From assembly GCA_020536535.1 (NCBI GenBank), contig JAHLWZ010000076.1, positions 1 through 64,000 on the forward strand: a DNA stretch of 64,000 nucleotides. Direction: 5' to 3'. How positions within the stretch are numbered: the first letter of the stretch is position 1; each line of letters begins with the position of its first letter. The notes under the pieces are model-generated. The model did not search any database. It saw only the letters and a program-made list of their open reading frames with translations, and was not told the DNA's origin. The translations under genes were made by a program, and so were the position numbers. This DNA comes from Pelomyxa schiedti. Its lineage: Eukaryota; Protista; Evosea. Shown in pieces: positions 37,301 through 50,000 of this stretch.

Positions 37301-37586
37301 CCACACTAGGAATTTAAGCACTTTGTCTCTACCTTTGCAGTAATTAGTCACAACGACAGTCCCAAAGTGGGGGAAAAAAACCGCTCCACTCGTGGCGCAG
37401 GTACTTTCTTCTGTCACGAGCACACGCGCCCCGCTTTGGATCTGGTATTGACGTGCCGGGCTTCGGCCAAAACCACTCCTCCTCGCCAAGGTAACTACTA
37501 CTTCGTCTGTTCTTCCTTCTCTTGTTCGCCTTTTTTACCTTGGGCGCGGTGTCCTCGTGGTAAGATCCAGTCCCCCAGCCGTCCAT
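34315..37586 (-). CDS. Ankyrin-repeat protein with a C-terminal RGG/RG-rich tail
   Basis: Ankyrin motifs TPLHLASRHN, WTALMVAARHN, KTALHIALASGH, WTALHIACK, QTALHIASKN, GWNALRISIAE; tail RGGRGRG...RGRGRGRGRY. 5' exons tentative. Confidence 0.7.
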
Positions 37587-37760
37587 GGACCCGCGTGGGC
37601 TTGAATAAATAATAAAAACTGAAAAAAAAAAACCGTTTGAACTCAGCTGTCAAACGTGTATCGGTAAAAAAGCACCATCACTTTGCCTTGTCATTCCTGG
37701 TGTCTAAATTTGGCCCGGGGCGATCATTCATTATTTTGTTGGAATTCGTTCGAATTGGAA

Positions 37761-40700
37761 ATGTCAGGGGCAGCGGCTGCGGCGATGGCTGCGAAACAGG
37801 CCGAGATGCGACGTTGTCGGCCGATATATGACGCGTTGGAAATCAAGAACTACAAACTGTCGCTCAAGCTGTGCAACGGGATCTTGAAGAAACACGCGGC
37901 CGCGTCGAGTGCCACGACTTCGCTAGATCTTGTCCGCACACTGAAAGCGCTTACTCTCGCGAGCATGGGATCTAGGGAGTCGCGAATCGAAGCGGAAGAG
38001 CTTCTCGCTGTTTTGCGCTCTGCGAATCCCCGGGATGAGGGTGTTCTCGTGGCCATGCTCGCTGCGCATAGGGCCTTAAATCGTGTTGACCTGATGACTG
38101 AGGTGTACCTTTCAATATGGCGTGCACAACCAACGAACGAGAAGGCGGGGCAGGATGCCTTTTGCGCTTACGTTCGTATAGATGCTTTTTCTGAGCAGCA
38201 ATCGGTTCGTACTAAAAAAAAAAAAATCTTTCTCTGGTACTCTCTGACCTCTTGGAAGGTTGCATTGGATTTATTTCGGCAATTTGGTAATCCTATGTAT
38301 TCAATGTGGCGTATAACGAGCACATTCCTACAGGTGTGTCACAAGTTGTAACTTTGTGGTTTTTCCCCTCCAAACACATAAACATATGAAGAACGAGTTC
38401 CTTTTTTCGTATTAGTTTGATTTGATATTTGCAGCTGTAGGCCCGTTGTAGCAATCCTTCTCTCGCGCCTCTTGCTGAAGCTATGTTGAAAAAATACATT
38501 GCTGAGGGGAAGCCTACTGGCATCAATGGTATCACAAAACTTCCATTAAACTTACAACCCTTCTGGAGCATACCAAGTTTTTCACTCCTCAATAGAAATT
38601 GAACTACTCTTACAAATTTTGGAGTTCCAAAACAAACTACCTGAAATGGTTTCCGTCATTGTAGGGCCACATGGCCCTTTCTTTGACAAACCTTCCCCAG
38701 AGCATCACCTCAACAGAGAATGCGAGTTGCGAATGAAGTTGAAAGAGTGGGAGAAATGTCTTGCATTGTTCACAACTTTGTTAAAGGAATACCAAACGTG
38801 AGTAATTGACATATGGTATATTGTATTTACCTGTTTAGGTTTGATTGGTGGTACTTCACTGGTTATTTGGACTGTGTCATTAATCTTTGTCAGTCCAATC
38901 AAGATCAACTCATTCCAATGCTCAACGAATTCCACACTCTACTCTTGCAGTGCCAAGAAAGAACCTCAAGCAACAGGGACACTATCAAGTATTTTCCTCC
39001 GTGACTAATCTGTAATAACCAGTTTATTTAGCCGCGGTCCTTTCCTTGCGTCCTTGGAGCTTCACAAACGTGCTCTCAACTGCAGTGTTCCTACACCATT
39101 TACAGCTGAAACACTGCTGGGCTCCTTGGCTCAATACATCAAGCTATTTGGTACCAAGCCATCCTGTTTGCTGGACTTGAGGTTTTTCCCATAAATCAAT
39201 GAAGATACTTACAACTTTTAGACCTTACTTACTTATGCTCTCGGAACTGCCGAGTCTTGACAAATCTAAGATTGAAAATCTAGTATCTATTCCAGAGTCA
39301 GAGAATTTGGAGATAACAATGAGACTTTCTCTGTTACGCCACCAAATTAATCACCTTGTCGGCCTCCACAAGGTTACAATCTTTTATTCAAGGTGCTATC
39401 TCATATAGGCCACAGACATTATCATCTGCACAAGCAGGTCCTATTATAGACGAGCTCCTTACTATGTATAGGAGATATATTGTCGCTGTTCCTCCCAAGG
39501 ACGCAATTTCTTCAGCAAACGAGTTAATCATTTTTGTGGCTTTCTTGCTTCAAGAATTGGCCTTCCGAGAAAGTATTTCAAAATGCTCTCTTTCTGGCTA
39601 ACCTGCGACAGATAAACTTGCGTACATTGTGGAAGCTATTATATTGCTTGAGTATGGCGTATCAATATCTTCACAAGATTTCAATTTTCGCACAACGCTT
39701 ATTAGCTTATACAAGTTGCTTGGTTTGTAATGTGAGCATAATCAATACAGACTAACCTCTAATTTCAGGTGCAATTGGACCAGCTGTTCAGCAGTTTTGT
39801 GACAAACACAGTGATGTGAAGAACATTCTGTACGAAACGCTTGGACATCTTGTTTTTGACAGTGTGGTCCAAGATGGATTTCAAGTCGAGGTGTCCAACT
39901 TGAGCTCACGTTTAATGGAAGTTCACCGAGACAATGACACCGCAGTAATGTATATTCTATCGTGAAGTTTCCAACATAATATTCAGATTCCCGATAACAC
40001 AGCGTTGTCTTATAAGCAAGGAACCTGGTTTCAAGTAAAAAAAAACCGTCTCTTCTAGGCTTACCCTTTTCAGATTCCCGACTTCATTGACTTCAAGAAC
40101 AAGATGAAGCGTTCGCATCTCAAAGCCGCCGTTCAGGTGTATTCCGTGTGGAGTAACGTTATAAAGGAGTTCTGCACCAAGCACCCTCCACAAGTAAGTC
40201 TGTGCTATAGCTATCTTGGTAACCTCAGTGAAGGAAGCCTTCCCTAAACTTGTAAACGGACTCCGAACTTCGTTTTCCAATGCCCCAGACCATATCTATT
40301 CTACCACCCCTGAAGCCATCAATAGCCTCGAGTACTTAGCGGATAACACACCTCTCCTTTTTCCAATATGGGCACCAAATACTCAAATTGAAAGTAATGT
40401 CCCCAATTTTTGTCCCCTTCTCATGCCCTCTGCAGGTACTCCTTTAGGGTTTTCTGTTTTCTTTACTCCAAGTGACAAGCCTTTGCGGGTTATCTCAACT
40501 CGTCTGCATCGCATCGTGCTTCGCTGTTTACACTTATCTCTTTTGGTACAATAATGGTTGGATGGCTGTATTTTTACTTCTTTATAGCAACCACCCAATG
40601 CAATGGAACTGAAAAGTTCCGTTGCAGAGCTACAAACAGTAGTAGCAGAGTTTTCAAACCACCAGGCCACACAAACTTCCACCTTCAATACCCTTTTCTT

Positions 40701-41431
40701 CCGCTTTATCGAGAGCATAGTTGGTGCCGTGACGCAAGCTCTATCTGAAATGCCCTGTGAAGAATCAGTCGCCTTGAAGCTTGTCCAACAACTCTCAGGT
40801 TCAATGTTGACCTATCCTCTCTTTCTCATCAATAAACAGATTTAGCTGCATTCATAAAGGCTCCATCCTCAGTTTGTCTTAACTCCTGAAAGTATTATCT
40901 AACAAACTTCGTAGATATTGGAACTGGGCAGCACGTTACCAGCCTTCATAGCATTTGCAAATGCGTGCATGATTTCTGAGTTGTTTATGCTGGCGGTTCC
41001 TTCCCCAAAGCGCAACCCAAAAAGAAAAACAGGCAGCACTCCACAAAATCCGGTTTGTCGTGCAATTTCCGTTGTCTTTGGCTTATCCCCTTCAGTGGTT
41101 AACTGTCGTTCACACATTAGTACAAGCGGTGAAGAAGGAAGCACAGAAAGCCAATGCTCTCCTCACAAGTGCACAACAAACGCTACTTGTTGGTACGCCA
41201 CCAACTGGCCTACAGCCGGAACTTCTGGCTCTGTGGCAACCCACCTTGTTCCACAAGGTACCTCCAAAACACCGAAGTTGCGTAACTCTAAACGCCCTCT
41301 GACAGGAAAAAGAAGACGCCGTGTCACAAAAGGTGTTGCTCTCATTGGTCGGCAGCTACCGAACATCGTGCACCTTCGCCGGATCAATTTTGCACCATGC
41401 CGCCGATTTGGCCAGCACCGCCTTTGCCTAA
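37761..41431 (+). CDS. NAA25: NatB N-acetyltransferase auxiliary subunit (NAA25/Mdm20)
   Basis: RRCRPIYDALEIKNYKLSLKLCNGILKKH, LKALTLASMG, DWWYFTGYLDCV, RGPFLASLEL, FGTKPSCLLDL. Confidence 0.85.
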
Positions 41432-41993
41432 GAGCAACATTTTTCCAGTCCGTATCGTAAAATTGATGACCTTCAACGAACTTTAATTTGTCCGAGTTTC
41501 ATTTCGTTTTGTTCAAAAGGAAAAAAAAAGCACCGAGTAATGGCTGGGTGCGGTTGTAAGTTTTGAGCATTGTCGCGGGCAAAGCACGCGACACATAGAC
41601 ACAGAGGCTTAAAATCGGCGATTTGTGACAACCGACGAACCGTTGGGGGTTTTGAAGGGCGATGGTTTGAGGCCTCACCACCGTTGTTGGTACTGACAGA
41701 CGTTTTCCAAGAGAACAAAGCCACATACGAAACCCTGCAACAGGCACACCTAGTAGCAGGAAAAAACTGCCGCAAACCCACCCCGTTTGTGAAAACCTCT
41801 GATCAACCATCCACAATTTCACCATTCGCGAAGGCACGACGTGGTCAAATTGGTACTAGATCTGCAACTGCGGCGCAGCTATTTCTGTTGGTTTCCCGAA
41901 CAAAAAGATCCAATAGACAACCGCCCCAAACAAAAAGGAAAGGAAAGGAAAAGAAAAGAAAAAAAAAAAAAAAAAAGAACCAAAGGGATACAC

Positions 41994-42989
<996 letters not shown>

Positions 42990-43253
42990 TAGAACTTGGG
43001 TGTTGCTTATCTTTTTCCACACCACTGCGGTTGTTATTGTCAAAGTCACACCACGGCGTGTAGAGGAGAAGTGATATGAGATGAGAGGACAAAACCAAAG
43101 ATCACCGCAAGTACACCGGGAATCACAAATGGTAGGGCACAAATGACCTATTAATATTCCTCCTCTGGCTTTTCCTTGGTGTCATGGAACAAAAACGTCC
43201 GTATGGGCCGCTGTTCACCTAATTCGGCTTTGCTTTTCCTCTCCTAAGTGAAA

Positions 43254-44736
43254 ATGAAAGGAAGGACGGGGCGATTACATGTGTTGGGTATTGGCCTAGT
43301 GGGGTGGTTGTGGTGGGTTGCGTTAGTGTGCTCCGCCTCTGAATTCGCGCAGGCGGCTCCCACAATGCCACTGGAACAGCAGGAGCAGGGTGAGGAAGAA
43401 GTGGAGCCACGCCCCCCTCCGTTTAGAACTATGCTCAAGGACGCAATTGAGCGGGAGTATTTTGGGAGGAAGCGGGGTGGTGATGGAGGAGCCGGGGTGA
43501 TGCACCATAATGGGCGCGCGTTTGTGGAGCCTGAGTGCAGCTATCCAAAGTTTGAGAATAGAGTGGGAAGCTACCCCCTAATAACTGGCGACACATTCAG
43601 GGCCATGGCCGATTTTGTGGTAGGAAGCTTCTTTTTTGGGATTCTTGAATTCCGCTTCTTTTTCCTCCACCTCATACAATTGTCTTACTTACACCTAGTA
43701 CGACTTCACTTCATGCGAGAACGGGAAGTCCCCATTTCCAGGAGCAGTTTACTTCACCAAGGCAGAGTCTATTGAGAACTTTCTTTCACTTGACTCTAAT
43801 CGGCCCCCGTATGGTTCTTTCTTGGAAACCCAGTGAGACTTACAGTAATAGCTATGTGGTTGTGACTCAAAACAGTGCTCAGGATAACCCTACATCACCC
43901 AAAGCAGCCACGTTGCTTGACGATCCCAATCTGATTGCATGGTTTGCACAAAATGCCGTAAGTATCCGAGCCACAAAGAAGGGAATACTTCTGATCACAT
44001 TGTTCTGTAGATTTCTTCACATCCAAAGATGCACCCTCTCCCAGTGGGTTTGGCCAACAACTATTGGTCTCATGGGAATGTTGACACTTTCGATGAGTTA
44101 CTGGGGACATATGACCCATATGTAGGTTGACAAGGAAACAGCACAAAACAACTGAATGACTTCACTCACATCAATTCCAGCTCGCAAGTATAAGATGTAT
44201 CTGAACCTTGGAGAAACTCACCCAAGTCGTGCCCCTCTGTTGCAGCAACTTAGTAAACGGAACTGGGTGCACACTTCAGGGAAAAAGAGTCACCGAGAGT
44301 ACATGGAAGATTTGAAGAACTCTACATTTGTGTTTGTAAGGCCTCTACACTCTCCAAATACAAGAAAAAGTGATCACAAAAAAAAAAAAACTCCTTATTG
44401 GAAGCAATCAAATCACTAAGGAAGAAACTCCAGAGTCCCAGAGGAAGAGGATACGATACACTGAGAGTATGGGAGTCTCTGCTGATGGGTGCTGTTCCAG
44501 TCATATTCACTGATGGGTGGCCTGAATCTATGCTGACACTTTTTGAAGACCTGCCGGTAGCAACCCTTCCATCCTCGACCCTCCGGGAACTGGAAAGGCA
44601 CCTGGACCTGTGGTGGGAGCAGAATTCCGGAAGGGCTGATTGGAACATGAACAAGGTTTTTGCGGGATATTGGATTGATAGAATCCTCAGTGCCTCTGCC
44701 CAAGCGGCCACTCACAACAACACAAGCAAACATTAG
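43254..44736 (+). CDS. Exostosin/GT47-like glycosyltransferase
   Basis: Signal/TM N-terminus; SYPLITGDTFR, NLIAWFAQN, HPLPVGL, SPRGRGYDTLRVWESLLMGAVPV. Confidence 0.7.
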
Positions 44737-44914
44737 GGAACATCATCAACATCCAGGAGAGGACACTCTGACTTGGAGTCTAACCAAATTCTCCACAAGG
44801 TTTCATGTAACCATAAAGAAAAGGAAACAGTTCACTTCTTTATCACCAACTGGGTAAATATTAATGTCATTGTCACTAGGTATTTTTACAGAGTTCCGCG
44901 CTCTACTTACAAAA

Positions 44915-46736
44915 TCAAAAGCTCTCAAAGAATCCCAGGAAGCATAACAGTGATGCCGAAATAGGGTCCACTCCAAGGCAGTTCATTGAAGGTGTGCGGA
45001 GCCAATTCATAAAGGATACCGGGCCCGTTCTGGCACTGGATATGTGATCATATGTCGTTATCATCACAAAGTAGGTGTCAGGGCTGTGCGGATTGTCAAT
45101 TACGGCGTGGCGCAGTGCTAGGACTCCATGTCTGGGTATCTCCAATCCCGAGTTACAGAATACTTTCCGCACCAGAATTTGAACACTCTCCCTCGGTAGA
45201 CTCCACTTTCCAAGGCGGACAACAATCGGGGGCATATCTGATTCTAACGATCAGTTTAAGAATTAAATGAGTTGGTAAGAGTAGGAATGTTGCTGGCATA
45301 CACGAGATTCGGTCTAAGCTAAGGTTTAATCGCGGTAGCTGTTGGCATACCATCTGCTGATTGGACTCAGGTGGTGTAGGACATGTTGGAGCCCTGCATT
45401 TGGCGTACTTACTTGGGGCGCGGGACCTGAGACTAAACGGTGTACTCATGGATGTGTCAGGGCACTTGGGGAACATTACAACTATATTTAGGTCACCAGC
45501 TAGATGGTCTCTATTGCGAGCGGAAGGTTAGGGGTTAATTAATTAATTTTCGTCAGTGGGGATGTGAAACCTTGAGGACTTGCACAGAGACCTCAGCATA
45601 AAAACGTACTGCTCTCTTCCAGTTTTAGTGTCAATGCGGGGTGTTTTGTCAGAAGTTGAGAGAACAACAATCTTGCCAGTTTCAACTGAGCACGTGAAGC
45701 ACGTGAGCTCTTCCGCTGTGTGTGGGTTATTCTCCCGCATCACATAAGAGGTTACTTTACATGAAGAGGAGTCGCTCGCAAAGCATTTGCAAGCAATAAC
45801 AGCAGCAAATAAATCCCCCTCAGACAATTTCCAGTGCAATCTCCATTCTTTTTGAACAGTCACTATTACCTTGGCGCACATGAGAAGTTCTAAACAGGCT
45901 CAAGGAAAGGTACTTTTACAGGGTGTCTGATGTACACAACTCGGTCAACGATGATTGTTGGTTTGTGCAGAGTCACTGGATGCGCATCTGGACTCCGATT
46001 TCCCGGAGCAGAGAAAACTACATGTAACCAACACTAAGTTTGGAAATGGGTGAAAGAGACCAGGCCTACCATCCGGAGTACCAGAATACTTCTCCAAACC
46101 CAACTTTCTGGTGGAAGACTGCACTTCCATTTGCAGTTCTCTCATGGAGGGTGACAATGACAGTGACAGTGAAGACTGTGACTGTGATTGTGATTGTGAT
46201 TGGGTTTGTGTTTGTGTTTGAGATTGGGATGAGATTGGGGGGTTTGTGTTCTGAGTGCGAGGCGAGGATGTACGAGGTGTGGTTGTGTTGCTTCCATCAG
46301 AAGCCTCAGAGTCATCACTGCTAGAGCGCCGGTAGTGCTGGTTGAGCCCACGGGGGCTGTTGTGGCTACTGCCGCCGCCTCCACATCCACCAACGCCAAG
46401 AAACATGGAATTCAAATCGCTGGGTGATGAAAACTGGTACTGGGCGCACAGGGACGGGGAAGGGGAGGGAGAGGGCGACGGAGACGAGGATGAACAGGAG
46501 GAAGACGAGGAGGGGGGAGAATGGCGAGGGGAGGACGAAGGGGGCGACATGGAGCGACTCGTGAATTGCATCGTGTCGGCCGCGACGGTGAGGAACCCAT
46601 CGGGGCCCAGCACGATCGTATATGACGACGGGGAGGACGAAGGAGGCCATGGCGACGAGGGAGGGTGTGGTGGGAGCCGTGGTGGCTGTGTGTGTTGCTG
46701 CTGTTGGGGGAGGTAGAATTGGTGTTGGTGGGCCAT
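44915..46736 (-). CDS. Low-complexity N-terminus plus a putative Ig-fold DNA-binding-like domain (hypothetical transcription factor)
   Basis: Q/S/P-rich N-terminus, then ELTCFTC...YVFMLRSLCKSSR|DHLAGDLNIVVMFP...STPFSLRSR. Function is inferred. Confidence 0.55.
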
Positions 46737-47148
46737 GGTGGGTGGGTGATGTTGGTGGGCCGCGGCTGGGTTTGTGGTTGTGGGTTTGTTGTTGTCTGGC
46801 GGCGCAACTAGGGAGAAGCTGCGTGGTTTCTTGTTTTGGTGGCCAAATATTACGCTGGGTGACCTTTGGGAAAGGAAAAAAAAGCCACCGCGCCTTATCT
46901 GGGACCCGGTGCTTTTCTCAGAAGAACATTTTCGGCTTCGCCAGATTAGAGCTCTTTCTCAGCTGTCTCTAGATGTCATGGACAATGTGAAGATTTGTGA
47001 AAAAAAAGAGGACGACAGAGAAAAAACCAGAAGGAAACAAAGACTCAATGGCGCCATTTGGTGTCAAAAATATACTCTTACGATGCCAAACATAAAAGCT
47101 GGGAGATTTTAGTCAAACAAAGGCAAACAAAGGGAGATCTTAGAGGCA

Positions 47149-48215
47149 ATGTTTAACGGCGACTCTGGCGGGAAGGGGGATGTTGGTGATACTGACGATA
47201 TCTATGCTGTGATACGTGCATCCATGGCTTTCAAAATTCATGCGGCTGCCGCTGCAGCACTGTGTTTGGCATCATTCATTGGTGTGCCTGTGCTGCATAA
47301 TTCTAGTTTAAAGCAGTAGACCTCACTTGCGTTTTACTCACTCGATTCTTTTTCCCGGACAGCTTGGGTGTTTCTAGATTTTTGGTACCAGTCACTGCCA
47401 TGGTACATAAAAATGCCGCATAGTTTGTTCTGATTGGTTAAGGTTCATATTCCCATTTTGGCTGAGCGTGGTTTCCCTGTGTAGCCATTACTTTATATTT
47501 CTGAGACCAACTCGCGACCTTCTAAGTCTTCACTTGGCCTGTTACTTAATCACCAATCTGGTCATTTTCGGTACAGCTTTGTTTCGCTCTTAGTATCTAA
47601 ACTCTCTGTAGTCCTGTGGCTATCTATCGATCACACTCGCACATATACGTGGTTCTTGTATTCGTTTATTCTGTGGGGAGCCTTATTAGGGGTGCACGCA
47701 ATCGCTGTTATGGTTCTGGAGAATGCTTACCAGTGGGTTTACGCAGACGGTGTAGTCTATGCGGGTACTCCATTCCATCAAGCTTAAGTTGATTCCGATT
47801 TGACTAGGTGTTAACATGTTCTTGTTTCTGATTTGGATGGACACCCGCTGCAAAATTCCCTGGTTCGTCTGGCCTGCCTTGGGAACAGTATTGCCCATGC
47901 TGTACCACTATTCTGTTGTAGCACATGCTTCATGGTTTGCTGTTCACGCAATGGCCTTTGCTGACATCAATGTGATGCTGTTCCTTACTTGGATTATTGT
48001 CGGAATGGGTTTCCCGGTATGAAAGGGCGAACAAGTTCCCGTCACCAACTAATGTGTCACAGTGGTTCGCGTTCCCTCTCGTAGCATGGACCGGAGTTCT
48101 TATTGTGCACTACATCATGTGGCCGCCTCCCTCCCGCATTGCCCTCTCTGACGCCTTTGGTATCCAACCATCTCCCTCTTTACCGTCTCACCCCCTGACA
48201 GCCTACCAAACGTGA
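47149..48215 (+). CDS. Membrane protein with four tandem 2TM-like (PF13239-like) repeats
   Basis: Spliced product repeats the pattern H...N...W...(P/T)WF.(F/W/Y)(P/S)...H four times, e.g. HLACYLITNLVIFVLW...TWFLYSFILWGALLGVH and HAMAFADINVMLFLTW...GFPWFAFPLVAWTGVLIVH. Confidence 0.7.
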
Positions 48216-48329
48216 CCAGGCTTGCACTCCCGGAAAAAGTGGAAAAACCAACAACTGGAAATCAATCACCAACACCATCACAAAAAAATAAAGAAATTCT
48301 TCTTCCTTGAGTGACGCCGACGCTTTGTA

Positions 48330-49926
48330 ATGCTAGGTATTCGAGTCGTTTGTTTCGTCGCAGAACGTCATGCAACTGTGAGTGACTTTTTGTTATTGTT
48401 GTCACAACTAGGCTCGTGGTACATACGTGCTTCACCACCGTCTCCTGCTGAACAAGCACCAGGAGCACAATGCACAACACCAACACACCAACGGCAACAG
48501 CAACCGCAACCACAAATACAAATGCAAATGCAAATACAACCACAACCACAACGACAATCACCTCCGCGGGAACAACAGCTAGAAAGAGTGGTTGTTCAAA
48601 ACCATGCTACGAGTTGTAGCACACAATCACAGGCCCAGGCTCCTGTCACAGGTAAAAAAAAAAAAACGGGAGAGGGGAACCAAAGAATCTCGAGTTAACT
48701 CTCACTCTTAATCAGCAGAATCTCGCGGTGACATCACTATGACAACAGGAGCGAATGATGCCACTCCTAGGCAACCACCACCTAAACGGCTGAGGTCACC
48801 ACCAGCCAATGAAACGGAAGGTACACGTGTAGATCATTCCGTGCAGGCTCCTCCTCTTCCCCCACCTTCCCTTTCTTGTGCTGCTATACTTGGGGAAAAA
48901 GTAGGTGGTAAAGGTACACCACTCCCAAACTAAAACAAAACATCTATATCTCACTATCGTATAAAGAAGCGAGCCAACAAGCCCCAGGCCCAGATTCTCA
49001 CATTGCACCAATAATCGAAAAGGCTCTTGAGCAAGCCACTTCACAATTACGTTGTCAAGTGCAGCAAAGTCTGCGTGATATAGAGGGTTTGTGGTACTTT
49101 ATTTTGTGTGTCTGTGTAAGATCAGTTGATTCTGAAACTATTATATTGCCTTGCCCCACTCGATTTCCACGGCACCCAAATGAAATTCTCCTGCCTTCAA
49201 TAATACCGTCCACTACCTAACTCACAAAACATCTTGGATTTCTTGTTGTAATTCTCGTATCACTAATGCTTTTGCAGAAGAAAATTGGTTGAGGCAGAAG
49301 ACACAAGTTCTAATCAATGAAAGCAACCCCTTCCTTCTCCCATGCAATATACAACATACTAATACAACCCAACAAGCTTATTTACAATAACACAACAGTG
49401 CATCGACCGCCCTGGCAGACGAGATGTAGTCCTAGACCTCAAAGACAGAGATATTGAGCGACTGCGTAAACGACTGAACGAAGAACGGGAAAGAAATCAA
49501 TCATGCCCGGCAAGCGAAAAACACCAGCTGGAGCAAATGCGGTCACAATTGCAGGAACAGAAGATAGCACGCGAGGCTCAACTCCTCCAGCAAGCAATAC
49601 AACGCAAGGAAGCTGAGAAAACCTATCAAGAACTCTGCGCTGCCGCGGAAAAGAAAGCCGAGGCCGTTGAAGCCGAGTCGGCACAAATGGTGCAAAAGGT
49701 GAAGCAAATGGAACGGTCAGTACAGGATACACTTGCTGCAATCGATGAAGTGAGGCAAAAGTGTGCTGCTGCAGATGAACTGAAGAGAACCACAACAAAG
49801 GAGCTCACTGAGACCCAGGCTAGAATAGATTCGCTGACAAAGCAAATTGCAGAAACACAGCAGGCAACTACCAAATTCACCGCAAAACTAGACACCATCC
49901 TGTCAGTCTTTAACAAGAACGAATAA
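48330..49926 (+). CDS. Hypothetical protein with a C-terminal coiled coil
   Basis: Q/P-rich exons and PPPKRLRSP; continuous helical final exon DIERLRKRLNEERERNQ...KLDTILSVFNKNE. Start uncertain. Confidence 0.5.
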
Positions 49927-50000
49927 AACAATAAAACAAAACATGCTAATTATTGAGCTCTCAAAAGAAAAAAAAAAATTAAAAATACGAAGGTGCGTTG

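Noticed and set aside
47940-48010. Apparent frameshift or TGA readthrough in the 2TM gene
   Set aside because: Resolved by a 46-nt GTATGA...CTAAT...CAG intron giving GFP|WFAFP.
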